In this document: positions 1 through 12,073 of the stretch, piece after piece
Position numbering within the stretch: position 1 is the first letter of the stretch
Layout of the letters: each line of letters starts with the position of its first letter
Assembly (NCBI RefSeq): GCF_052425735.1
Contig: NC_135759.1
Span: forward strand, 5,332,001 to 5,396,000
DNA: 64,000 bases
Reading direction: 5' to 3'
Source: Oculina patagonica
Lineage: Eukaryota
Translations under genes and position numbers: made by a program
Notes under the pieces: generated by a model
Database searches by the model: none
What the model was told of the DNA's origin: nothing
Seen by the model: only the letters and a program-made list of their open reading frames with translations

Positions 1-222
1 GGGATGTTATGAACTCTAATGATTATCATGTTAATAAGCTAGTGATGAAGTTTATTACTTAATGTATGAATATACGTGATGCATTGTTATTATCAGGTGA
101 AAGCGATGTAACCTAATTAAGTTTTAATATGATATAATAGGATCGCGTTTTGTTACTTTTAGTTTAAATATAGTTAAATATGCTTTTGCAATACTGTAAC
201 TGTAACGGTCATGCTAATAAAG

Positions 223-683
223 ANNNNNNNNNNNNNNNNNNNNNNNNNNNNNNNNNNNNNNNNNNNNNNNNNNNNNNNNNNNNNNNNNNNNNNNNNNNNN
301 NNNNNNNNNNNNNNNNNNNNNNNNNNNNNNNNNNNNNNNNNNNNNNNNNNNNNNNNNNNNNNNNNNNNNNNNNNNNNNNNNNNNNNNNNNNNNNNNNNNN
401 NNNNNNNNNNNNNNNNNNNNNNNNNNNNNNNNNNNNNNNNNNNNNNNNNNNNNNNNNNNNNNNNNNNNNNNNNNNNNNNNNNNNNNNNNNNNNNNNNNNN
501 NNNNNNNNNNNNNNNNNNNNNNNNNNNNNNNNNNNNNNNNNNNNNNNNNNNNNNNNNNNNNNNNNNNNNNNNNNNNNNNNNNNNNNNNNNNNNNNNNNNN
601 NNNNNNNNNNNNNNNNNNNNNNNNNNNNNNNNNNNNNNNNNNNNNNNNNNNNNNNNNNNNNNNNNNNNNNNNNNNNNNNNNNN
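223..683. other. Assembly gap (N run); other gaps at about 4858-4985, 10169-10366 and 61089-61588
   Basis: Runs of n in the sequence. Confidence 0.99.
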
Positions 684-1166
684 CTTTTTCTGTACTTGTT
701 TTGTACTACAATTAACGGGTTCGAACACACGGGTAACCAAGCTTTTGTTGAACCGAGAAGTCCTGGATAATTAACTAATTTGCATTTGGTGTTACGGCGA
801 AATAATTAAACAACTGGGTTTGAAAAACCGAAAAAACAATAGGTATTGTTTCCTAATTTCGAGTTGAGCTAGTAAGATCAATAAGCACTCTCAATCCCCT
901 AGCTAGGTATGAAAAAGGCGACAAACTTAAGCCTTTCCCACATGGACGGTTATGCAAAAAAGTTTGGCAACCGGAAATGAATTTTGGTTTATTTTGGAGG
1001 TGTTCGCGGCTGAACAGCGGAAAAAAATATGTAAATTTCGGATAGCTTTGTGGTCGTTATTTTTGAAGAAGACCAAGGCATTTGCTATGGAGTTGTCTTA
1101 AGTTGCCTAAACTAGCAATGAGTGACATTTGTACCGGTGCAACAAGCACGGGAAAACACAGGCTTA

Positions 1167-1802
1167 AGGCTGGTTCTCATGTGATCGCCCCGATCGTTTC
1201 TATCGCATCGATCGCTTGCAAGTACTGAGACGATCGTAGGCGATCGAAGCGATTGGAAGCGATCAGGGGGTTCTCATATGATCACCCCGATCGTCTGGTA
1301 TATGCAAAAAAGGCTTAATCAAATAAGAAAATAATTCATGATCTTTTCTTTGTTCCCGCATATGAATATTCGATTTTATTCCGATCGACGCATGCGTGTT
1401 TTTTCAAAACTCGGATATCGCTTATGGCAGCCTTCGATGCAAGAGCAAACCTCGTGACCTCCTATCTTCTCGTTATTGCCGTTTTACGGCGAAGGAGCAA
1501 AAGGGAGGCCAAACGGAAATGTAGTTCTGGGTAATACTGATGCACCATGGGACAGTTTGGATCGCTTCGATCGTCTCCCTCAGTGAAAGTAGTTCTCATA
1601 TAATCGTTCGCGATCGCCGCGGTCTGCGACCGATCGCCCGGATAGAACACGGGCGATCGAAGCGATCGTGATCGCCCCGATCGTCGCAGACGTTAGCGAT
1701 CGTCTCTGTAATGTTCTCATATAATCGCCCCGATCATAAGCAATTTTTTTGAAGCGACAGAAACGATAGAAACGATCGGGGCGATCATATGAAAACCAGC
1801 CT
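1167..1802. mobile_element. PIF/Harbinger-like MITE, family A, copy 1
   Basis: TIR AGGCTGGTTCTCATGTGATCGCCCCGATCGTTTCTATC / GATAGAAACGATCGGGGCGATCATATGAAAACCAGCCT; TTA on both flanks; many internal GATCG repeats. Confidence 0.85.
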
Positions 1803-3096
1803 TTACAACTCTATGCGTGTGTTTGTTTGTGCGGTCACAACTAGCCAATATCAATATTCAAATTTCTTCACTAATTGTTGTTGTGAATAATAAAACTTCG
1901 AAAAATCGGCCTTTTCGGTTGTGTGTTTAAAATAAAAAATAAATTAGAAATATTTCCCCATTGGGTGAATTAGTTGTCATTCAGGTTTTTTTGACGGGCG
2001 CAGAGCAGTGAGTGTAGACTCGTATATATGATACAATTATTTACATGCGGCGTGCAACTTTGACATCGGAGAATCCAGTACTGTTTCAGGAATGTAGCCG
2101 AAAAAAATAGATTTCCTCCAGACTCACAATTTCTTTTAACATTGAAACGTCACTTTATGACAGAAAAATAACGAAAAGTTGTAAGAGTGGGCGAGCCTGT
2201 ATTATTTCAATTTGTTCTAAAGGTGATGTTAATAGTTCTTAATCCATACTCACAAAATTCAAACATGTAATTAAGCAAGACTCCAACGACTCCGGGAACT
2301 CATGTTGACTACATCCCACTCCCTGAGTGACTGAATGGTTTCCGTTGGAAACCCCCCAGGTGGGCCACCTTTACATTCCCTATAAGGAGATGGTCACCTT
2401 TAGAACTTACGAGCTTCACACGATTGAAGGTATTATCTTCCTACCCATGGTATTATGCACATAAAACCTTCCCCTCAAAGGAAATGGTGTTTGTTTCGGG
2501 GAGTGGGCACGCGCACTGCAAATGCAAATTAGTTTAGCATCCGGGACTTCTTGGCTCAATAAAAACTTGTTTACCCATCATATTGTGAACTATTTCGAAC
2601 GACGAAAGAAGACGACGACTTTAGTGGTTAGTTATTGGCTTTATATTTAAACAAAGTTCAATTATCCTATAGCTCATGCTTCGACATGCTACCACTGCCA
2701 CCTTAGCAAGGTTACAAAGGTAAACCGATTTCTCGTGTGAAAATGTCCCTAAAGCAACCGTAAATGAAGCAAATCTAAAAAGGCCTGTTTTGACCCTTTG
2801 ATGTAAAGCAAGTAAATAGTGACGAACCGAACCGTTTTTTTCTATTTTGTATTCGCATTTCCTCTGCTCAAAATGTCGGAATGTACAAATAAAGTTACAA
2901 GGCCATACGAAACTTTCGTGAGTAATGATGCTTGAGTTGGTGACCATTTATGTCGCATTCGAGAATAAGCTCTGTATTATCATGATTTTTCTCTAAACTT
3001 CACAAAAGCATTTCACTTGAACTTACAACAGCTAGTTTGATGTAGATATTGCCCTGTTTAGTTCAACTTTTTAAATACAAAACAAGTTGTACTCAC

Positions 3097-3229
3097 CACG
3101 ATAACGCTGAAATAAAAGACTGACTACAAAATCGTATTCCCTGAATATAGTGAAGTTTGCTGTCAAGTTTGTTTTATACTGTTCGGTTGGAAAGTAAAAA
3201 TACTGGATATCCTTAAATCTTAAAGTCAT
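3097..3229 (-). other. Putative leader exon (ATG to donor), copy 1, homologous to the exon upstream of the TPR-CHAT gene
   Basis: 133 nt from ATG (3229) to GTGAGT donor (3096-3091); open frame MTLRFKDIQYFYFPTEQYKTNLTANFTIFREYDFVVSLLFQRYR; upstream tatttcattttccag acceptor; aligns without indels to 24187-24319. Confidence 0.55.
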
Positions 3230-3411
3230 CGGTTCCTCTGAGACACTGGAAAATGAAATACGAATTTTTTTTTGTCATTTTCGAACAAAATCCCTGAAAT
3301 TTTGAAGGTTTTTTTAAACTCTGGATTTATCAGTTGTGTTGAGATGAGCAAACACAATTTTTCATGCTTTCTTTTAATTACATACACTGAGGGCGTTAAT
3401 TAATGGTTTAA

Positions 3412-3979
3412 CCCTCGGACGTACAAGCAAACTCATACCCCCAACATCGTACAAGGGCGGTGGATGGAACCCCTCCCCGGAGTTTTCGTTATATTAAGGC
3501 GTAGCGAAATTATTTTGCTCTGAGAAGAAAGCCCTAGCACTCTACAAGATGACATAATTTTAATTGGCTGTGACGTCATATGACGTCACGTGACGTCATA
3601 AGAGCCGCCATCTTGGATCCGCCATCTTGGATTTCAACATTTTCTTAGAAAGTCACAAAATAACGGAAATGATGCCAAATCAAGCCAGAATCCTTATGGA
3701 ATGTAAAAATAAACAAATCTTGCACTTCTGTTTTAAAAAACTGGAAAAAAATCAAGAAAAATGTTAAAAGCGTCGATTTTTGGCAAGACCTGCTTGTATT
3801 TATGACGTTGCCATGGCAACGTCATATACCATGGACACATGGGACATATCAAAATTCCGCAAAGGACGAATGAACAGCTACTGAAAGTTTCAGCATTGTA
3901 GGGCAAATGCCTTTTTCAAAATTTGGAAAAAACCTTACGGGGGGGGGGGGTGGCATCCACCCCCCTGTACGTGCGAGGG
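3412..3979. mobile_element. Non-autonomous piggyBac-like element
   Basis: TTAA at 3408-3411 and 3980-3983; TIR CCCTCGGACGTACA / TGTACGTGCGAGGG; empty site ggtTTAAgagacaag in duplicate units near 7880 and 9394. Confidence 0.92.
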
Positions 3980-4494
3980 TTAAGAGACAAGTTCATAAAG
4001 TGCTGTCTCTGTGAACAAGAGTCAGACAAACGCAATATTGTATTTGGGTTGTGTGACAAGAATTTAAAATCGAAATTTGTGATAGTCACGAGCAGGAGCC
4101 TGTCACGAGTAATATTTTGGGCAAACTGGCGTCGAAAAATTGTGAAAGCGTTTCAGGTGGACAGCTATTAAAAACAAAGAACTAATCAAAAAATTCGTTC
4201 GAGGCTTTTCAATGTCAAAACACCACGACTACAGTACAAATATCGCGACTCGCCCTCGCTTCGTTAGCGAGAGATGTGTCCAGGATTGGCTTCTAATGAG
4301 ACGCAAGCTCTTTATGATACACTTCACAGAGTGTCCTGATTGATACAAGCTCGCCGAAACACACATAATTTTGTCAAATATGAAGTACCATGAAGTTGTC
4401 AAATAACCCATTCAAATACGAAGTAGTTACTGAACAATACAATCCTTGACATAAGTGCAAACTTACCCCAGCAACTTTTCACTTTTCAGAATGC

Positions 4495-4790
4495 AACCTG
4501 AGAAACGTAGAAGGTAACCTCGCCTTGCCTAAGATGCGCACAAATAATTTCAAACGAAGTTTTAGTATGTATGGCAGAATGGCCAGAAGGGGTAAAATGG
4601 GAACTGGGGTTTGGGCAAATTTTCATTGGGAAAATGAGATTTGGGTCACTGGGAATGTGAATCACAGACAGAAAAACAATAGAACTGGGACTGGGATTTT
4701 GAATATTTGGGAAACAATAGGCTTTGAAATGGGATTTGGGTAAAATTTGGGCTGGGAAAATGGGATTTATAACCCCCTTCAGCACCCTCA
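4495..4790 (+). mobile_element. Short decayed CR1/L2-like ORF2 C-terminal fragment followed by a G-rich MITE-like repeat (paralogue at about 9890-10168)
   Basis: Translates NLRNVEGNLALPKMRTNNFKRSFS (paralogue LPKLRTNYFRRSFGYS), a motif typical of CR1/L2 ORF2 ends; then TGGGA-rich repeats ending CCCCCTTCAGCACCCTCAT. Confidence 0.5.
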
Positions 4791-4985
4791 TAGTAGTTCA
4801 AACGAAAGATCAACAAAATCTCAAATATATCGGATTCTCACATGGAAATGATATAAANNNNNNNNNNNNNNNNNNNNNNNNNNNNNNNNNNNNNNNNNNN
4901 NNNNNNNNNNNNNNNNNNNNNNNNNNNNNNNNNNNNNNNNNNNNNNNNNNNNNNNNNNNNNNNNNNNNNNNNNNNNNNNNNNNNN

Positions 4986-6350
4986 TCGAACATAATCATA
5001 TTCAGCGGTAACGGACAAAACAAAAATAATATAAATTTTAAATACGACAATGAATCTTTGCAAATTGTCGACAAACAAACATATTTAGGTATAGAAATGA
5101 CCTCATCCGGTCGTTACACTTATGCAAGGGAAATTCTCAGCAAAAAAGCCACTAAGGTCCTCTCGATAATTAAACGATCCTTTTCTAACACGGATTCAGC
5201 AGCTATTGCGATTAAGAACAAACTTTTCAATGCCCTTGTTAAGCCCGTGTTACTTTATGCGTGCGAAATTTGGGGACCAGAACTACTGTCATATAAAACG
5301 CACTTCGATAAAAGCACAATTGAACAAGTCCACATCAAGTTCTGTAAACAAACGTTAAACGTCCCATGGTATACAGAAAACATTGCTTGCAGGGCAGAAC
5401 TTGGGCGTTATCCTTTAATCATTGACATAAAAACCTCAATCTTCAGCTATTGGCAAAGACTGAAGTATTGTTGTAATAACGTTTTGTTAAGTGAGGCATT
5501 TCAATATGCAACAACATCTACAACATTTTTTGATGTTGCAACTAACGAAGAAATGCATCAAGAAACAGAACCGATAACCCGGCAACACATCAAGAACGGT
5601 CGATTAACCATGAGGAAAACCCTCAGAAATAAGTATTCACAAAACTGGCTGGGCACCCAGAATAGTTCATCGTCAACTTCAAGAGAAAAAGTTACACACA
5701 AGGAAGTTAAAAAGAGCTATGAATTTGAGAATTACCTAACAACAGTTAAAAACCCAGCGCACAGAATAAGCCTGACAAAGCTTAGATTAGGATGTCATAC
5801 ATTACGAATACAGACTGGAAAATATGAAAATAAAGGAGCATCAATCCCAGTAGAGCAAAGAACATGCTTGGTATGTAAACAAAATTGCGTAGAAGACGAA
5901 AAGCATTTTTTGATGTGTTGCCAGGGATTTACAACCATAAGACATGAATTATGTTCTCACATTTCTAAGGTTGATGTAAGGTACATATATTTAAGTGAGA
6001 ACGAGAGGATTAAGTACCTACTTAGAGCTGACAATGAACATACATCAAAAGTAGTAGGTAAATATAAACATTCAATGTTTCAAAAAAGGAAAGAGCTTCT
6101 TAACTTACAAGCACAATGAACATTATAATTTATTTAATTTTTACATATATTGACATTATGAATTGTATGAGAATCAAATTTTTGTTATTTCTTAAATGTA
6201 TTAGTAAATGTTAAAACCTTTGTTGTAAACAGACCAATACCTCCCTTTGGAGAGTAAGGCGCAATAAAGATATACTATTACTATTACTATTCATTCATTC
6301 ATTCATTTGATCATTCATTCATTCATTCATTCATTCATTCATTCATTCAT
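4986..6350 (+). mobile_element. 3' part of a non-LTR retrotransposon (LINE; clade uncertain)
   Basis: ORF 5058-6119 with YLG, RAELGRYPL, KLRLGCHTLRIQTGKY and C-x2-C...EDEKHF motifs of LINE ORF2 C-termini; AATAAA 6263-6268, then (TACTAT)n and (TTCA)n tail; 5' end lost in the gap. Confidence 0.85.
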
Positions 6351-8542
6351 TTATTAGCCATAACTAATGATTTGTAAACAATCGTATATAACTAAGGTTG
6401 ACTTGATTAGAAGTGAGCAGATCATGAGCAGATTTGACTTGCATCAGCTCATGATCATAAGCGATCCCTTGCTCGTACCCTGTTGTCCCGGTTCTTTCTC
6501 GGGACGCCCAAAGAAAAATATAACGCTCCACCAGCGACACTCCGTGTTGTTCATAGCTTTATTGGAACATCGCTCTCCATATCTTAACCCACGGACCATG
6601 ATGACAGGAAGAATACAGTACTATATATACCATGTGTGTTAGACAACTTGCATAAAGTTTGGTGGCCGCAGAAGAAAGTTTAACACTTCATGAACCGGTT
6701 GGTTCACGGTACGCTATTCATACTCGCAAAATTCAAACATGTAATTAAGCAAGACTCCAACGACTCCGGGTAAACTCATGTTGACTACATCCCACTCCCT
6801 GAGTGACTGAATGGTTTCCGTTGGAGACCCCCCATGCAGGTGGGCCACCTTTACATTCCATATAAGGAGATGGTCACCTTTAGAACTTACGAGCTTCACA
6901 CGATTGAAGGTATTATCTTCCTACCTTATGCACATAAAACCTTCCCCTCAAAGGAAATGGTGTTTGTTTCGGGGAGTGGGCACGCGCACTGCAAATGCAA
7001 ATTAGTTTAGCATCCGGGACTTCTTGGCTCAATAAAAACTTGTTTACCCATCATATTGTGAACTATTTCGAACGACGAAAGAAGACGACGACTTTAGTGG
7101 TTAGTTATTGGCTTTATATTTAAACAAAATTCAATTATCCTATAGCTCATGCTTCGACATGCTACCACTGCCACCTTAGCAAGGTTACAAAGGTAAACCG
7201 ATTTCTCGTGTGAAAATATCCCTAAAGCAACCGTAAATGAAGCAAATCTAAAAAGGCCTGTTTTGACCCTTTGATGTAAAGCAAGTAAATAGTGACGAAC
7301 CGAACCGTTTTTTTCTATTTTGTATTCGCATTTCCTCTGCTCAAAATGTCGGAATGTACAAATAAAGTTACAAGGCTATACAAAACTTTCGTGAGTAATG
7401 ATGCTGGAGTTGGTGACCATTTATGTCGCATTCGAGAATAAGCTCTGTATTATCATGATTTTCCCCTAAACTTCACAAAAGCATTTCACTTGAACTTACA
7501 ACAGCTAGTTTGATGTAGATATTGCCCTGTTTAGTTCAACTTTTTAAATACAAAGCAAGTTGTACTCACCACGATAACGCTGAAATAAAAAAATGACTAC
7601 AAAATCGTATTCCCTGCATACAGTGAAGTTTGCTGTCAAGTTTGTTTTATACTGTTCGGTTGGAAAGTAAAAATACTGGATATCCTTAAAACTTAAAGTC
7701 ATCCGTTCCTCTGAGACACTGGAAAATGAAATACGAATTTTTTTTGTCATTTTCGAACAAAATCCCTGAAATTTTGAAGGTTTTTTTAAACTCTGGATTT
7801 ATCAGTTGTGTTGAGATGAGGTAACACAATTTTTCATGCTTTCTTTTAATTACATACACTGAGGGCGTTAATTAATGGTTTAAGAGACAAGTTCATAAAG
7901 TGCTGTCTCTGTGAACAAGAGTGCAAACGCAATATTGTATTTGGGTTGTATGACAAGAATTTAAAATCGAAATTTGTGATAGTCACGAGCAGGAGCCTGT
8001 CACGAGTAATATTTTGGGCAAACTGGCGTCGAAAAATTGTGAAAGCGTTTCAGGTGGACAGCTATTAAAAACAAAGAACTAATCAAAAATTCGTTCGAGG
8101 CCTTTCAATGGCAAAACACCACGACTACAGTACAAATATCGCGACTCGCCCTCGCTTCGTTAGCGAGAGATGTGTCCAGGATTGGCTTCTAATGAGACGC
8201 AAGCTCTTTATGATACACTTCAACGAGTGTTCTGATTGATACAAGCTCGCCGAAACACACATATCGTAGAGGTTGGGAATCGATTAGGAAAGGAAAGGGT
8301 TAGGAGCTTGAAACTGCACTGATGTAATGGTTTGCCAAAAACAGAAGGAAAAGAAGACTGAAGATTGTCTAAGACTGAATTTCAAGTTGGTTCTTGTACT
8401 GTTTACAACGTCGCTAAATCCTATTGCTGCTTGTTTGTTTGTACTAACACTGAATTTGGTTATGATAATAAAACATTCTTTTGACTGGGATTGTTTTATC
8501 ACAGCTACTTGGGCTTGGAGTGACCTTAACAGCCTGAAATTA
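6351..8542. repeat. Tandem segmental duplication, unit B
   Basis: 6719-8262 matches unit A; 6351-6711 matches 10440-10789; 8270-8542 matches 12165-12427. Confidence 0.9.
7570..7702 (-). other. Putative leader exon, copy 2
   Basis: ATG 7702 to GTGAGT donor 7569-7564, 133 nt, open frame (part of ORF 7544-7750). Confidence 0.55.
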
Positions 8543-10168
8543 ATATTGTGAACTTATTCGAACGACGAAAGAAGACGACGACTTTAGTGGTTAGTTATTG
8601 GTTTTATTTTTAAACAAAATTCAATTATCCTATAGCTCATGCTTCGACATGCTACCACTGCCACCTTAGCAAGGTTACAAAGGTAAACCGATTTCTCGTG
8701 TGAAAATTTCCCTAAAGCAACCGTAAATGAAGCAAATCTAAAAAAGGCCTGTTTTGACTCTTTTAGGGAAACCAAGTAAATAGTGACGAATTCATGAAGA
8801 GCGAAAGCTAGCAACCAAACGGTTTTTTCTATTTTGTATTCGCATTTCCTCTGCTCAAAATGTCGGAATGTACAAATAAAGTTACTAGGCTATACAAAAC
8901 TTTCGTGAGTAATGATTGTGGAGTTGGTGACCATTTATGTCGCATTCGAGAATAAGCTCTGTATTATCATGATTTTTCCCTAAACTTCACAAAAGCATTT
9001 CACTTAAACTTACAACAGCTAGTTTGATGTAGATATTGCCCTGTTTAGTTCAACTTTTTAAATACAAAGCAAGTTGTACTCACCACGATAAAGCTGAAAT
9101 AAAAGACTGACTACAAAATCGTATTCCCTGCATATAGTGAAGTTTGCTGTCAAGTTTGTTTTATACTGTTCGGTTGGAAAGTAAAAATACTGGATATCCT
9201 TAAATCTTAAAGTCATCCATTCCTCTGAGACACTGGAAAATGAAATACGAATTTTTTTTGTCATTTTCGAACAAAATCCCTGAAATTTTGAAGGTTTTTT
9301 AAAACTCTGGATTTATCAGTTGTGTTGAGATGAGGTAACACAATTTTTCATGCTTTCTTTTAATTACATACACTGAGGGCGTTAATTAATGGTTTAAGAG
9401 ACAAGTTCATAAAGTGCTGTCTCCGTGAACAAGAGTCAGACAAACGCAATATTGTATTTGGGTTGTATGACAAGAATTTAAAATCGAAATTTGTGATGGT
9501 CACGAGCAGGAGCCTGTCACGAGTAATATTTTGGGCAAACTGGCGTCGAAAAATTGTGAAAGCGTTTCAGGTGGACAGCTATTAAAAACAAAGAACTAAT
9601 CAAAAATCGTTCGAGGCCTTTCAATGGTAAAACACCACGACCTTAGTTCAAATATCGCGACTCGCCCTCCCTTCTATTTGCTAGCGAGAGATAAGTCCAG
9701 GATTGGCTTCACAGAGTGTCCTGATTGATACAAGCTCGCCGATACACACATAATTTTGTCAAATATGAAGTACCATGAAGTTGTCAAATAACCCATTTTT
9801 AAATACGAAGTACTTATTAAACAATACAATCCTTGACATAAAGTGCAAACTTACCCCAGCAATTTTTCACTCCCCGGCGCATAGAATTAAACCTGAGAAA
9901 CGTAGAAGGTAACCTCGCCTTGCCTAAGCTGCGCACAAATTATTTTAGACGAAGTTTTGGTTATAGTAGAAGGGCCAGAATGGGTAAAATGAGAAAATGG
10001 GATTTGGATCACTGGGACTGGGATTTGGTCAATGGGAATGGGAATCACAGGCAGCAGAATGGGACTGGGAATTTGAAAATTTGGGAAAACAATAGGCTTC
10101 GAAATGGGATTTTGGCAAAATTTGGGCTGGGGAAATGAGATTTATATCCCCCCTTCAGGACTATCATA
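8543..10168. repeat. Tandem segmental duplication, unit C
   Basis: Near-identical to 2580-4790 without the piggyBac insert. Confidence 0.9.
9084..9216 (-). other. Putative leader exon, copy 3
   Basis: ATG 9216 to GTGAGT donor 9083-9078, 133 nt, open frame (part of ORF 9058-9264). Confidence 0.55.
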
Positions 10169-10788
10169 NNNNNNNNNNNNNNNNNNNNNNNNNNNNNNNN
10201 NNNNNNNNNNNNNNNNNNNNNNNNNNNNNNNNNNNNNNNNNNNNNNNNNNNNNNNNNNNNNNNNNNNNNNNNNNNNNNNNNNNNNNNNNNNNNNNNNNNN
10301 NNNNNNNNNNNNNNNNNNNNNNNNNNNNNNNNNNNNNNNNNNNNNNNNNNNNNNNNNNNNNNNNNNTCATTCGCTTGTTCGCTTGTTCGTTCGTACTTTT
10401 GCTTGATTGTTTGTTTGTTTATTTATTTATTTTTTAAATTATTAGCCATAACTAAAGCGTAAACAATCGTATATAACTGAAATTGACTTGACTCTTCACT
10501 TGAGCTGATCATGAGCAGATTTGACTTGCATCTGCTCATGATCATAAGCGATCCCTTGCTCGTACCCTGTTTTCGCGGTTCTTTCCCGGGACGCCCGAAG
10601 ATAATCAACCGCTTCACCAGCGACACTCTGTGTTGTTAATAGCTTTATTGGAACATCGCTCTCCATATCTTAACCCACGGACCATGACGACAGGAAGAAT
10701 ATAGTACTATACCATGTGTGCTAGACAACTTGCATGAAGTTTGGTGGCAGAAGAAAGGTGAAACATCAGAAACGACCGGGTTCACGGT

Positions 10789-11167
10789 ACCGCCGCCTGG
10801 TTAGCTCAGTTGGTAGAGCGCCGGACTGCTGTGCGGGAGGTCGTGGGTTCGAACCCCAGACCGGACCAGCACTCAGGGTCTTAAGATAACTGAGGAGAAT
10901 GTGCTGCCTTTGTAATTTCATCTGCAAATGGTTAGACATTCTAGTCTTCTCGGAAAAGGATGATAAACCGTAGGTCCCGTCTCCTGTATCTTCAGTCTTA
11001 TAACAGGGGACGTTAAAGAACCCACACACTATTCGCAAAGAGTAGGGCACGAAGCTCCCGGTGTTGTGGTCTGGCCTTTACAATTGTGTAGTAAAATTAC
11101 AGTACGTGTAAAGCGCATTTGAACATATACATATGAAAAATGCGCTATATAAATACATTATCATTAC
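10789..11167 (+). mobile_element. tRNA-derived SINE (Nin/Deu-like core, L2/CR1-type tail)
   Basis: Pol III A box TAGCTCAGTTGG 10802-10813, B box GGTTCGAACCC 10846-10856; core GATAAACCGTAGGTCCCG...GACGTTAAAGAACCC; tail GTAAAGCGCATTTGA...AAATGCGCTATATAAAT followed by (CATTAT)-type repeats. Confidence 0.88.
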
Positions 11168-11606
11168 TCAAAAAACCCGCAACGTATCGACGCGTTCCAT
11201 TAACCAGAGTACTCGAAGTACGTTTACAATGTACTCTAAGGCTTCCGGAGGTAGTGGACTACCTTTCAACACGTTTCGTTCATTTTCGAAATTTTTTACA
11301 GTCTGGCCGCTCTGGCCCCGATTGTTTTTAAATAGTGCAGTGTTTGTGTGGATCCCCGCGTCTCGGGCACACAAGCTTTGTGTTTGCGTCAGTCTATGTA
11401 ACACGCGCGAATTTGGTAATCGCAAAGTGAAAATGACGATACGATGACAATTGTAAATTTACCTGCCAGTTTAAAGCTTATTACAAAACACAAAAATAGG
11501 TTATTACAATTGACGACAGCTCAGATTATTACAAGTTATGACAGTATGATCAGAAGTAATCAGTGAGAAACAATTACACATAATGATCAATTCAAATAAA
11601 CGTCAG

Positions 11607-12073
11607 TAGGCTTTTGTACATTATGCCAGCATTTTTTCGAGCATTTTAGAGAGGCAAAAGCATTGAGCATTATTCGAGCATTTTAGTGGCATTTTCCCGG
11701 AAAATTATATTTTTTCAGAAAAATAATTTTTTTTAGAGAAAATGAAGACTAAAACTCAAAACATGTTTACAAAAACTTCAAATGCCACCCTAATACAGCT
11801 GAATAGAGACTGAGGAAAAGTCAGCGGTTTTACGTTTCAAGAGTCAAGGAGGCCATGTTTAATTTCTTCGTGAGCGTGGCTGTGAATCTGTGACCCCACG
11901 TTAAAACCTTTGAAATTAATTTTAAAAAACCGTTTGTACAATGAGCATTATCCGAGCATTTTAGTGACTTTTTTTTTGGGGGGGGGGGGGGACCGAGCAT
12001 TTTAATGGGAAAAATGGAGCATTAAGGTGGAGCATTTTAGTGGGGGAACAAAAGCATAATGGACAAAAGCCTA
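11607..12073. mobile_element. hAT-type MITE
   Basis: Perfect 8-bp TSD AACGTCAG (11599-11606, 12074-12081); TIR TAGGCTTTTGTACATTATGC / GCATAATGGACAAAAGCCTA; subterminal GAGCATT repeats. Confidence 0.92.

Larger units (their letters stand above)
2245..4790. repeat. Tandem segmental duplication, unit A
   Basis: 2245-4366 is near-identical to 6719-8262, and 2580-4570 to 8543-9965; unit A alone carries the 3412-3979 insertion. Confidence 0.92.

Noticed and set aside
174-774. Long ORFs spanning N runs (also near 4.8, 10.2 and 61.1 kb)
   Set aside because: Artefacts of gaps
2621-2947. 108-aa ORF partly repeated at 8584-8814
   Set aside because: Similarity is explained by the recent duplication; length and frame differ among units
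10795-10870. tRNA-Ser(GCT)-like gene
   Set aside because: Acceptor and anticodon stems pair poorly, there is no long variable arm or T-run terminator, and it continues into a SINE body
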